Below, in pieces: positions 1-12,665 of a stretch of DNA of 47,272 bases. Origin of the DNA: Bigelowiella natans CCMP2755 (lineage: Eukaryota > Protista > Cercozoa). Location of the stretch: positions 1-47,272 of the forward strand of contig ADNK01001136.1 of NCBI GenBank assembly GCA_000320545.1. The letters run 5' to 3'. The stretch's first letter is position 1; each line of letters begins with the position of its first letter. A program made the position numbers and the translations under genes. The notes beneath the pieces were generated by a model. The model searched no databases, was not told the origin of the DNA, and was given only the letters and a program-made list of their open reading frames with translations.

Positions 1-233
1 TGTTGTGTGAGTAACTCCGTAAAATGCCATCCGCGAAAAAAGAAGAAAGAGAAAATAAAGCATTCTGTGACAAATATTGAGGTACAATGCTGTTTTTTCG
101 GGATACGAAATACACTGACCCAACAGCGACGTGCAGTGCATGATCCATCAGAGACGCCTCCGCCATTGGTCCTCTTGGCGAAGCGATCTTGCATATCAAT
201 CCAGACGCTACCATCGTGCCGATAACAATCCTG

Positions 234-270
<37 letters not shown>

Positions 271-354
271 ATACAAATAGCAAGAAAATCAGCATACTCC
301 TGCATGCTTCGTATTCCGAGTACACTTTTCTTTTGTTTCATTAATCATCAATAC

Positions 355-388
<34 letters not shown>

Positions 389-417
389 CAAAAACAAGAA
401 AACAACATCAGCACACG

Positions 418-452
<35 letters not shown>

Positions 453-759
453 GCTCGGCAGCGCCTTAGCGAGCCCCTGTATGGCTGAGTCTTTCTGGAA
501 GAAAACAACGGGAAGATCAGCGAGGTAGAATAGGGCAAAAACGGCTGCAAGAGACATAAGTGTACGCGACAGAAGCAGTGCGCAATTCGTTTGGCCTCTC
601 GCAGGCAAAAAACGCTCATTTTTATTAATTTCAATACAGAAAGTCATTCAAGGTACTACTACCATCATGTTCTTGGCGCTTCCACGATATACTGCCAAGG
701 AGTGTACACAATCAGAACCCACACACTCACACACACATACAAATATTACATATATATAA

Positions 760-798
<39 letters not shown>

Positions 799-1115
799 TG
801 TCAAGAGAGAGAGAGAAAGAGAGAGTATCCGCATCCATCCATTGAATATAAGAATGAAGTCAATCAATACAACACGTATAAAAGATTTATAGCATATATG
901 CATACGCATACCCGCACATAATTTCTAAACAATCTATACATACATATACTATTTTGAACAGAAGCAAACGAGTGCGATACAAATAGCAGAGAAGGCATGA
1001 TTATATCGAATGGAAAGGCCCTTCTTTACCTATAAAATGAGCTGAATACGCCGCCCTGCGTAAACGCCACAGCACGACACCGGAAAGGGACAATATGTTT
1101 TTATAAATACATAAA

Positions 1116-1156
<41 letters not shown>

Positions 1157-1250
1157 GGGAATAAAGAAGATGCAATGCAAACATAACGATGAGTTGTGGC
1201 GACGAAGATAAATCAGAATAGATTGCTAGGTGTTCTATGATATATATAAT

Positions 1251-1314
<64 letters not shown>

Positions 1315-3188
1315 TTCTTTGATAGGAGTGCTGTCGTACCTGAAGAACAGATTCACGCAATTTGACCATACGATCCCCACGCTTCCATACACTGTTGATG
1401 ACATCGAGGAGATGATATAAATGAAGGGTGGGGGGAGGGGATTGGAAACATAACTATCTAAATAACTCTATCTGCGCTCTCATCATCATCACCATCAACA
1501 TCACTACCATCCTGCAAAGTCATATCGTTCTTATACAATAAAGAGAGGAGGAGGGGGGGGAGGAGTGCTGCTAATCGTACGTGGAACGATGCTGTAAGCA
1601 ACGGAGGAAGAGAAGACAAACGTTATCAGCATGAAACCCTGCACACATGAGGGGGGGGGGGCATGGAGAATGAACCGATGGCCGATAACAACACATATGG
1701 AGATTGATTTGTTACGAATAGTAGGCTACAGCAATAACAACAGAGCTTGTAACTCTAACCTCTTTTTTTAAAAAAAAACAATAAGATTCATGCTGATCGA
1801 AATACCGTCAAGCCGAAGGGAGACCGCGAAGCGAGCTGCTCCCTCGTAGCCGCTGGTGATAACCGATTGCACAACAATACAACACAAACAACAACACAAC
1901 ATTGCGAAGGGAGAAGCAACGAGTTGGTTGATGACATCATAGATTCAATGATGGATACGAAGATTGCTGAAATTCTGCCAAAATGCGCCCCTTCCAGCTG
2001 CTCTCGAAGCAAAAAGGCAAAGATGATGCGAACACCATCTTTTTCATCGGCGAAATGGGGGAACTTCTACAGAGAATTTGCCATTGCACAGACTCGTTCC
2101 AATCTCGCACTAAATTTGACGGGAGAACATGCAAGCTGCGCTGCACGACGACCTGAGTCTCTCAAAGCTTCAAGCATCCCATTGAACGCCATCAGGAACA
2201 CGTAGAGGCAGTACCTAGACAGAAGGGAAAATAAGTAGTAAAGAAATCACAACGCAGCCGATCCTGTAGCTGATGTTTTTTTAATGTTATTTATATGTAC
2301 ACGGAGCAGAGTGGCGAGTATCGTTCAGCCCCCCTCCTCCCCCCCCCCCCGCGCCCCATCCTCTCTAAGGGAAGAAAGGGAAATGAAATGGACAAAGATA
2401 ACTTTGCCCTTCATATCCCTCTCTCCTCCTCCTACTCCTCCTCTATCATTATCATCATCATCATCATCATCATCTTCACTTTCTTCAAGTTATTTCTTGA
2501 GTTCAGCTTGGTTCGGAAGAAAAAACCTACCATGATAGCACAACCGGGGCGTCGGTGTTGGAGTACTATTACAACAGGAGGGGGGGGGGGAGGGGGGAAG
2601 AGGATGAGTGGATTAGTCGAAATAGGGATACATGAATTGATACGCTGCGATTTGGTGGAACACATGGAGAACGGAGTATCATCAAGATGTACCTTTTCTC
2701 GGTACAGAAGATGCAAAAGCAACCATGTGTAGGAAGGTCCCAAGCTCAAGATGATGCTGCAAAGGAAGATGGTAGCAGCATACGACAACAAAACGAGAGG
2801 AATGAAATCGCAAAATCTCAAAATGAAAGGCAAAAAATATGGCGCGAGAAGAGCTCATCAATTAAATTCCCTATAATTAATTAAAGTCCCAATAATTAAT
2901 TAAAGTCCCCCCCCCTCTCTCTCTCTCTTCTGATCGACTACCCTGCAATTGTAAGCAGAAAGCGAGTGCGGAAGGCAAATAGCTCGCAAATCTCTCTCCA
3001 CTTTTGCTAAGAAGTAGCAGTAGTAGTTGGATGAGATTATGGTTGAGAGTAATAATGGTAATAATAATAATAAGAAAAAGAAAACGAAAGAATAACCAAA
3101 ACAAGCAAGCGAGATAACATAATTTCAGTATGAAGCTCGAAATGCCCTCAGCGCATCATTATCCCGATGTGTGTGTTTTGTTTGCAGC

Positions 3189-3237
<49 letters not shown>

Positions 3238-3957
3238 CGCGCGACACAAACGAGAGGTAAAGAGGAGAACAATCCAGGCGCTGATGCCTTCGGGATGAAT
3301 TACTACCTATTCTACTACTACTACTACTACTCTCACTACCTTGTACGCAAGGAGAGCACCACTCTCCTTGTGGCCTCCTTTCGATTGCTTTTCTTCTTCT
3401 TCACCTTCTTCTTCTTGTTGTAGGCTATGAGTGTATTGATAAGGCACAAAACGGGTCAATAAGATGTGACGATTAATCAACGAAAGCAGCAGCAGCAGTA
3501 GCATGCGGTAGTAGTAGTAGTAGTGCATTTTTGAAAAGATATATAGAATAGAATGTTCTAAACACTAAGAAATACTCCTCTTGCCTCATCATCATCATCA
3601 TCATCATCACCATCATCACCAATATCATCGTCATCATCAAGCAAATGCATCATCAATCACAACCTCAAGCGAGCTGACGACAGCTTATCGAATTGCACAC
3701 GTGAGTGCGTCTCGACGGGCTCAAAGACCAGCCTTCCTGCAGAGCGGAGATCGATGGATCATAACCACGACGGGGCGGGGGGGGAGGGGGGCTAAACAGC
3801 ACGCTCACGTGGCGGCCAACGTTTGTGTGTTAATTACTTCCTCACAAGCAAAAGCAAAAGTACTTCTAATTCTGATCTGTTTACATCCCGCTCTCGTCCT
3901 CTTCCCCTCCCCTCCGCTATTCTCCATCTCCCCCCCCCCCCCCCTCTCTCCTTGTTT

Positions 3958-3989
<32 letters not shown>

Positions 3990-4356
3990 GCCAATCCCCA
4001 TTGGCAGCCGCAATAGAACTTGTACACCGCAAAAGCAGCCGCACCTAGCAGTGAGCCGAGATTGAAGACGACGCCATAAACAGCATCCATATCTTCATTC
4101 GCACTTCCACCATTTCCTCCTGAGGCAGCGGTTGATGACGATAACTGGGTTTTCGCCTTGGCAGACATCAAGATAATCTTATCCCCTTCCGTTAGAACCT
4201 GGGTAGTGTAGTAGTAGTAGTAGTAGTAGTAGTAGCAGTGGTAGTGGTAGCGGGTGGTGATTCAGCTGCTATTTTACTTCATCCTCCCTCTATAGCACTA
4301 GTGGATGAGTTATGTAGTAGCTCTCGTTATCAGCAGTAGTAGCAATTGTCTTCTTG

Positions 4357-4388
<32 letters not shown>

Positions 4389-5718
4389 TGTAACAAATCA
4401 AAGAAATCAAGGGCAAAAAAAGGCGCTGAAGATGCTGCTGCTACCCATTTCACGACGTTCTGAGCGCTCAAAGCAAGAGCAACCCCTGAGGGTCGGGGGG
4501 AGGATAGGAAGAAAGCAGATAGCATTTAGTAGCGAGCAGAAGCACGAAGTGTATGATATCATTCCTCCAAGGGACAATCTCTATTTAGCTTCATCACGTG
4601 AATTAGCTACTTAATTTTACCCTTCGATTCATTATCTATTAGTGCTGTCTGCGTCTCCTCCTCCTCGTCCTCCTTCTTCCGATTCTTGCTCTTGGGGCAC
4701 ATTAGGACGCCATTCCTCCGGATGTCAACCGAAGGCATCAACGACCCTGCGGCAGCGCAACGATAGAGCGAAGATGACGAGGACGCGGTTAGATTGGAAA
4801 ACGAGTTGAGGCAAAGGCAATGCCAAAAGGAAGGAGAAACCGATTGATTTGATTGAAATATCTTTTGGGGATTTGTCGGAGAGAGGAGAGAAAAAATATG
4901 CGCGAGAGTGTGCGATGATGATGATGATGATAATGATGATGATGATGGCGATGCGGCTGCTCGAAACCTAATGATAGCGGCGTCCCGTCTGGTTTTTTGA
5001 GAGCTGGCAATTGCGCTGATAAAGGGTGTCGGTTTGAGTGTTTGTGAGGGCGAGCAGAAGATCTTAGAAGAAATATTCTTGAGCGATTGACGATGACGAT
5101 GATGATGATGATGGAGACGAACGATAAAAACATTGAGAGGACCCCCCCCCCCTCCCCCCTCCTTCCCCTTCTCTCACGCTCATACCGTTACGATCAATAT
5201 AATGAAATAACACAATGCACGCACGACGACGGCTATATACGCTTGTGCTCCATCGTCGGCTACAAAAGCATGCTTCTTCTTCTCAGGAAGTGAGGTGTTC
5301 TCGAAAGGAGTCATCACCATATGCGACATATCCATAGTAGCCTACCAAATGAGTCAAGGAGAACCCTAGCTGTGTGTGTGTCGCACCCAAAACATTAAAA
5401 TTTAGCCTTATCAACACGATTCAATGTATTCTTCGTGCAGTCCCGTCGAGGGCCGTTTGTGCGAAGGAGAAGAAGTAGCAGAATCAGCTCTCCTGCACAT
5501 CTTTTTTATCATCATCATCATCGTCATCATCATCATCATCATCATGGGAGAAGAGGGAGATGCAGAGAGAAGAATGGTGATAACAATGAAGATCCCATAT
5601 ATTATTAAATGATGGTAGTAATGGACAACAGTATCCCCGTCGCTCCTACCTGCGCCAGTGCATATATGATAGGCCCCATATTTAAATAAAGAATGCCAAA
5701 CAGCAGAATCAACGCCTG

Positions 5719-5755
<37 letters not shown>

Positions 5756-6993
5756 GCAAAGCAGCTGGTATCTATCACCCCAGGGCATCTTTACCCAGAA
5801 TGGTCAATTTCAAGCGTTACAAGGAAGGAGGAGGGGAAGGGGGAGGGAGGCGGCGGCTTTTCCGTATCATTAATACTAGCTATTCTTCCCTTTTTCACCA
5901 TTCAAGTTAGAAGCAGGAGGAGAGGCGAGAACAACACTGAAGACTTTCGTCGAACCATCATCATCATCATCATCATCATCATCATTATTATTATCATGAC
6001 CAAGCAATATGTACAATTTTGAATGACCTTTACGATGATGCCTATACCCTCAACGCACGCCTTAACCTGCAGGAGCTCGTGCGCAATGATCTGGGAAAAA
6101 GCGGCCGCGGAGCACCATTGTAACGATAGCAAAAGCAGCAATAGCAGCAATATCACCACCAAACAAATACTTCATTTTTTTTGGAAAAACAAAACAACGT
6201 TTTTCTCTCTGATCCCATCCTCAAACAATCTGTCATTGGTCGCTGGGAGGGAGGGAGGGAGTAGAGAGAGAAAGAGAGTACTCTTGTCGAATACACAATC
6301 CCAGGCTCGCGAAGTTGCTCTCGTCTTATTGTATTACCACGTTGAAAGCGGGTTCTGCGAGTAGCTCGACTAGCTGATATTATTCACATTAAAATGTTAT
6401 TTGGAGCTGTTTTCTTTCGCAAGCCTTCGCGAGTGGGCTGCAGCGTACACCCACTGGCGTTATGGTGGCCTTGCTATACGGCACATAATGAGTGGTTGTG
6501 TGCGTATAGTGCAGCTTACCGCAGAAGCCATCAGAGCGAAGTAGACCGCATTGGACACCTAATAAAAGGAAAATGAGGCTCCTTTTGACCGCCGATGGCT
6601 GCTTTCTTTTTCATATTAAAAAGATTGTTTTTGGCCAATTTTTTGTTGTGTGAAAGTCCCGTGGAAAACATGAACCCCTTGGTACTGGAACTGCGATATC
6701 CCAAAGAGCGCAACAGGGCCAACGGCGAATACCTAAAATCCACGTTTCGCATTTACCTTCGATGGGCTGCTATTATCTTGATTCACATAAACTTGTGAAA
6801 ACTCATCACGAGATTGCTTTTATTATTTTATTCCTTACCGCTGCAGCAACACCGACCCAGCTAAGATTGACCATGTGGAACAGTCTGATGTTATATATTG
6901 GCAGGGGAGGGGATAACCAAAATACTATACATTGTACACTCACATATATGCGCGCCCGCGCGCGCGCGCGCGCACACACACACACACACATAA

Positions 6994-7034
<41 letters not shown>

Positions 7035-7475
7035 AAGCAGCGAAATCTCTCCTATCTCTTCCCTGCAGGACAAAGCTACGTTGGTACCTTTTGCGTCTCG
7101 TTTGCTGAGTTATACCCAAAGCATTTAAGTCTATGCGCCTGCAAGCTCCACGAACCCCCTGTCACGTTAAAAACATCACCACACCGACAATTAGCGGCTT
7201 CAGTGTAAGCCGCGATTCTATTGGTGTGCCCGACCTCTCTAGATAGGAATTGGACCGTTGATAGCAGTAGTGCTAGAGGCACTGCGCCGATTCCGTACAT
7301 CTTCCTCCCTGTAACAATGCGAATTCTTAGCAGTCAGCAGCACAGCATCTCCAACAGACAGCCTACCTGTCTGCTTGACGATTGCGACGTTGAGGCCAAA
7401 GTTGACGATCTTTGCAAGTATCTGGACGCCCAGCAAGGACATGATGGCCTTCCTTGAGGAGGAGGCAAAGGGCAT
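1..7475 (-). CDS. RFT1: RFT1-family protein (Man5GlcNAc2-PP-dolichol translocation factor), many exons; 3' end probably runs off the window start
   Basis: Spliced in frame via GT-AG introns: exon 7475-7367 (MPFASSSRKAIMSLLGVQILAKIVNFGLNVAIVKQT), 7308-7235 (GRKMYGIGAVPLALLLSTVQFLSRE), 7158 onward (GVRGACRR), 6884-6839 (LFHMVNLSWVGVAAA). Later RFT1-like motifs: ELLQVKACVEGIGIIVKV (~6050), VYGVVFNLGSLL (~4060), GRLVFEPVETHSR (~3720), YVFLMAFNGMLEAL (~2180), GSVGIVWSNCVNLFFR (~1370), AAYSAHFI (~1045), HALHVAVGSVYF (~120). Confidence 0.88.
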
Positions 7476-7752
7476 GATTCCGATATCAACCCCTTCGTCT
7501 CCGAAAGCTCCTCCCCCGTTTGCTTATTTGGCCAGCGGAATCGAGGAGAATTTCAGACACAATATCATGCATAATATTTGCAAGATTTCGATAAATCCAA
7601 TGAATTATCTTTCTGTGTCAACTAAAAGGGAAGGTTATACGTTCGCATTGGATGTTTCTGGAAGTCATTGGTCTCATAGTCAAACCCATCAATCATTGAG
7701 TGCGGCACCACCTGCCTCTCGGCTGCTGTTCGCCAATCTAGTTGTTCCCTTC

Positions 7753-9100
7753 TCCTTGCAATGATGTTTGTTGAGGCTCTGCTGCGTGCACATGCCTGTC
7801 TCCCATGACGGTTCTGGCGCATGTAGTTTTGACCAATGCTTTTTTCAATGTTCAATGTTCAATGTTCCCCGCTAGCCCGTCGCAGAACTCTTAGTTTTTT
7901 TTTTTTTGGGGTGTCCGGTTCCGATTGTCAGTTTCAGTCGGAACTTAGGCACATGCTGACCTCATTGACAATTGACAGTTGGTTCTCCTAGCTCCTAGCC
8001 TCCTTTTTCTCACCTTCCACAGCTTCCTTAGATGCAGATTGTTGACTAGTTGTGCCACGTGTCACCAACAGGGCCAGAGGGTGCTGACAAGTCCTCGCAA
8101 TGATTTTTGCTGAGGTGCTGCTGCGTGTGCGTGCACGCGTCCCCCATGTGTTTCTTGCGCGTGAGGTTTTTGCATCATTGCTTCTTTCATTGTTCATTTT
8201 TCATTGTTCGTTGTTCCATCGTCACGTTCATTCTAGCGCATTGTTCATTGTTCACTTGTTCGCTCGGGATGTTGAAGCAGTCAAACTGGCAAGCCAGTAA
8301 GGACTGGTTTTGGAAACGTGCTAGCGTGGTTGCATCATCAAACTTCTCTCTTTCTTTCTTTTTTCATCACAGCAGCCAACATGTCAATTTCTAGAATTTT
8401 CGGTCCTGATTGAAACTTCATTCGAGCCAGCGAGGTGCTGCACTTCGTGCTTTCTGGCTTTGCAATTTAGCAATGCAAGTCCAGAAGTGTCATGCATGTA
8501 TCTATACATGTCAACACTTTGCTTGGAAGTGTCAGTTCGCCTTTCAGTCTAGCAGTTGCTAGTTTGTCCATTGCAGCATTGCTAGATTGCCAGCTAGCTA
8601 GCTAGCCAGAACCATTTTGCAAAGTTTGTCCTCGACAAGTGAAAAGTGTCAGTCATCGTGCTGGCGTGAACCCAAACAACGAACACAGCTAGACAAGCTG
8701 GACACAATTGGCTGGACAAGTCTAGAAGTGCAATGATGCAGCACAAGACAAGCGCACAACTCATGTCCGGATGCATGCTAGCATGGCTAGATGGACAATC
8801 TGGAAATGTTGAAGTTGCACGCTAGCACGTACCACTCAGACCATGCAGTCTAGCAGTACTAGAGTACCATGGAGTGTGAGTGGCATGCACAACAAAGCAG
8901 CTCACTCTGTCACTGCTGTTGCCTCGCTTTAAAAAGGGTGCATTTGCACACCACAGCCACCACCCTAGCTAGGTAGCACTGGCGATCACAGCTTGCATTC
9001 CTTGCACGAGCACTTTGTCTTGCGAAATTTTGCGCGCGCCTCACTAGCTCACAATCTCTAGATCTAGGAAGTGTTGCTACAGATGCTCTGTGCTCTGACC
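7753..9100. repeat. Degenerate interspersed repeat block (family Y), CTAG/TGCA-rich, non-coding
   Basis: Unit TCCTTGCAATGA..TTTGTTGAGGCTCTGCTGCGTGCACATGCCTGTCTCCCATG..GGTTCTGGCGCATGTAG..CAATGCT..(TTCAATG)n at 7753-7865 recurs in degenerate form at ~8061-8270 and aligns by eye with 45047-45170 and 45184-45345. No credible ORF. The right boundary is approximate. Confidence 0.75.
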
Positions 9101-9342
9101 AGAACTGGAGAAGAACACGTGCTGTGCGGTGCAAGAATCTACGCTATGGCCAGTGAGTGAATCGAAGGATCATCAACAGCAAGAACCAGCAAGGATGATC
9201 AAGAACAACAGATTCCAGTGGCAAAGCAAATGTGCAACAATGGACTACGGACTGTGCAAAAAAGATAACAGTAAATCCAAAATGATGAAATGAAATGCGA
9301 ATCGAATATCGAGTATTTGAGTGCCAGCGCCTTTAGATTGGG

Positions 9343-9724
9343 TTAATCAGGGTTAGTGAGGTCGATCTTCTCTTTCTTCGCTGGGGCGGATGGGGTTGGT
9401 GATTTTGAATGTGGCACTGAATGACTAATTTCGCCACTTCCGTAAACGCCGCAATCTGCAATAGTCATTTGTTGGGTGGGTTTCCCATGCTTGGATCCCA
9501 TGGTTTCCATTTTAGCAAGGACTTCGAGTCCTTGCGTCAACTGATGATTCAAATGAGTGCAGACAGTTACAATCAATCAAATATAATAAATTGTTGAAGA
9601 TACTGACATGATTTTAACGTTTATAATGCCACTACCTTTCCGAATACCACGTGCCTTCCATCCAGCCATCCACATTCCGTAAAACAAATGAAAAACTGTT
9701 GAATTCCAACAAACGCGCACGCAC

Positions 9725-9766
<42 letters not shown>

Positions 9767-10054
9767 ACACACAAAAGCACAAAAAAGACGCAAGAACCCC
9801 ACACGCATAACCACCTTCGTGAAAGACCGCACATGATCATGTGTGAAACTTAAAAAAATAGACCAATGTGTTATGGACAAATGAGTAGGATTTACACGGT
9901 ATGTACGCTGAAATTCAATTTTTGCATCGTTACTACATGATCATGACAACAGAAGGAATGGCACGCACGCACGCACAACTGCCCCTCTCCCTCCCTCCCT
10001 CTCTCACACCATCTCTTTCTCTGCATACATAAGTATAAACAAATTTATACACAT

Positions 10055-10087
<33 letters not shown>

Positions 10088-10827
10088 CAGATATAAATAA
10101 TATTATATTAAAAAAATAAAACCTGAGAGCCATTTGTATCAGGCCCAGCATTAGCCATTGAAAGAGAGTACTTCTTGTGTGGGAGCCTGTGAAGAGAGAA
10201 AGAGGCAACATCGTGTTGGGAACATTTCCAAATCCACATGTCGTATCGTAAAAAACATCATCGTTTTTCCTTGCAGCAATGGCATGTTATTACTTGAAAT
10301 TCTCGTCCTTAAACTTCTTCCCATAGATCGACTTGCCCCCCGTCCCGTTTCCTCTGCATGGAGATGGAAGTTGCGGTGTTCAACAATGAAATCGATGACG
10401 GCATTGCTACTAGCTATTACTCCTGGCAGGACACACAGATTAATGCTGAAAGTTATGGAAGAGATGAAACTAGTCACTTTGTGAAATCGCCCCCTTGAGC
10501 CATAAATCCCTTAATGACCCGATGAAAGTGCGATCCTGACAACAACACAGAATGATGGGCTGCAGAAGAATAATGTAAATATGCATGATGCACACCATCC
10601 TTGTCCCCTCCCCTCCCGCGTGAGTGAGTGGACTTTGAGGAGGAATTTTCCTTCAGCCGTATTCATGCAAAGAACGTTCATCATAGAGGTTCCTGCGGAG
10701 CTCTTCTTCTTCTCTTGTATTGTTTTAACAACCTTTATATCCATAGCCATGTTGGCCAGTACAGAGCTCCACAAAATTTTTGCACGTTTTCGGGACAACT
10801 GATGCATTATACACACATGCTTACTAT

Positions 10828-10870
<43 letters not shown>

Positions 10871-11446
10871 CATATACTATATGGCAGGATGATTGTTGTC
10901 CATATTGCTTTGTTCTGATTCGATAGGAAGTGTGTGGGGGGGGGAGAAATGAACCACCCGTCGCGGTGATGGTGATGGTGATGATGAAGATAGATGCCAA
11001 GCGGCGATGTCGATAAACTATCGTCAAAGCACGACACTCCATGATGACAATGCCATAGGGCAACAACAACGCATCTTTTTTCTTCAGAATATGAGGAGGC
11101 AGCTGTGATGTGTGCTTGTGTCTAGTCAAATCTGCTACCATCTGGGCGCAGCTCAAGCACCAATCTCCCTAGAGGCTTTCCTCCCGCCGTCATGTCCATA
11201 AATACGCAAGTCGCCTGATAGATGAATAATGCTCACTCAAAGAACTCAGCTCCTTTGGGATGTTACAAAGATTATTTCTCACCGCCTTCTTCATTACAAA
11301 TTTCATCTCCTGGACGTCTTTCAGAGCAGTTTCTGAGACCTTTGCCTCATCTTTCATTTCCTTTGTGAAGTAGTCGCCGAGGTATTGATGTCAGCCAATC
11401 GTGATGGCCGCAAATAAGAATAGAATAAACCCAACCACAGGCTCAT

Positions 11447-11498
<52 letters not shown>

Positions 11499-12465
11499 CA
11501 TATATAATATCAGCATCGATGAAGATCGCATACTTTATCATTTATCACGGCAGTAGTACCTTGTTCCCAACGAAAAGACCGATTTGGGGAAGTGTCAAGC
11601 TCGTCTGTCCAAACGCGACACAAAACATACACGATTGGCGATAAAGAATCTTGCTGTTCGAATGGATAGATGATTATTTCTTCTTTGGCCAGCACAAACC
11701 GTAGTAGGTAGTAAATATTTTTAATATATTTGTTAGTCTATTACAAATCAGAGATTTTTATTCCTTTTATGCTCCCCCCCCCCCCCCCCCCCCCTCTACC
11801 TTTTTTCCATCGTCGAATTCTTCGATGCCCTGATCGAGTAGGGGGATGCGGATGTAAACAGTATTATATTACTTTACACGTGTACTGTGCCCAGCTAGGA
11901 ATGGCGATTCATGCCCTAAGGTTGACTTAGCGTTTGCAGTTACTTCATCTTGGAGTTTCTTCTTCACAATAAGTCCAGAGTCTTTGTTGGATATCTTCAA
12001 GTTTGCCAGCACCTTTGTTGAGCAGTAAAAGGGTAGGAAGAAGACGTTCGCACTTCATTCAAGAACAAGAACGCGCGCGCGCGCGCGCGTGGCGCCCACG
12101 TAAATGCAGCGCCGCATTCCACGTACCTTCCCTGCCAGATTTTTAACCACCACTTTGAACTCCTATTCGATGATGAAATTCAGAAAAGAGCTGATGAGCT
12201 GATAATGGCGCTCCCCTTGGTTCGCAAAAAGCTTCACAGCAGGTCGATAGGTCACGCGTTCCCTCCTATGATTTTATTTCCTGCCCCTCCCCAATCCCAA
12301 CTCTCCTAACCTCTTCCGTTTGTGCCATTATCGTATGAACTCGATGGGAGGAAGAAGGGGGTGGGTTGGGTTATAAGGAAGCAGACTAATACTGTAAGGG
12401 GAAATTTAGCAAAATTACGGGAAATTATCTGTAAAATACTACAAATTGTCCTCCGTTTGCGACAT
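9343..12465 (-). CDS. Cyclophilin-type peptidyl-prolyl isomerase with an N-terminal ubiquitin-like segment
   Basis: Exons reconstruct ATCVFMDMTAGGKPLGRLVLELRPD|VVPKTCKNFVELCTGQHGYGYK|GSHFHRVIKGFMAQGGDFT|KGNGTGGKSIYGKKFKDENF|KLPHKKYSLSMANAGPDTNGSQ|FFICFTECGWLDGRHVVFGK|LTQGLEVLAKMETMGSKHGKPTQQMTIADCG, with stop at 9343. Canonical active-site R, F, Q, N, W and H are present. The start codon (12465) and upstream exons are less certain. Confidence 0.9.
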
Positions 12466-12541
12466 GTTGCTAGATTTTGTATTTCCGTTTTTTTTAGTTT
12501 GACTGTCGTAAACGGAAATCACTCTGCAATCCGGCCTTTTT

Positions 12542-12553
12542 TTACCTGCGACA
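12542..12553 (-). promoter_or_regulatory. Candidate promoter motif TGTCGCAGGTAA in the cyclophilin/TrmB head-to-head spacer
   Basis: Exact TGTCGCAGGTRA also occurs at 32238, 35953 and 36100, all in head-to-head spacers. Confidence 0.5.
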
Positions 12554-12665
12554 ACGCATTTTTTCCCCCTCACTACCCGTGCCGACGACCGATCTCGTCG
12601 GGTCGGCATGCCCCCCCACCTAAAGGCGAGTGCCTTTACACAGCGGCGGCAGAGACTTTAAGCTC

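Noticed and set aside
7063-7087. 25-nt intron candidate in RFT1 (GTACC...CTGCAG)
   Set aside because: The downstream frame runs into a (TA)n tract, whereas the acceptor at 6885 gives the conserved NLSW motif in phase.
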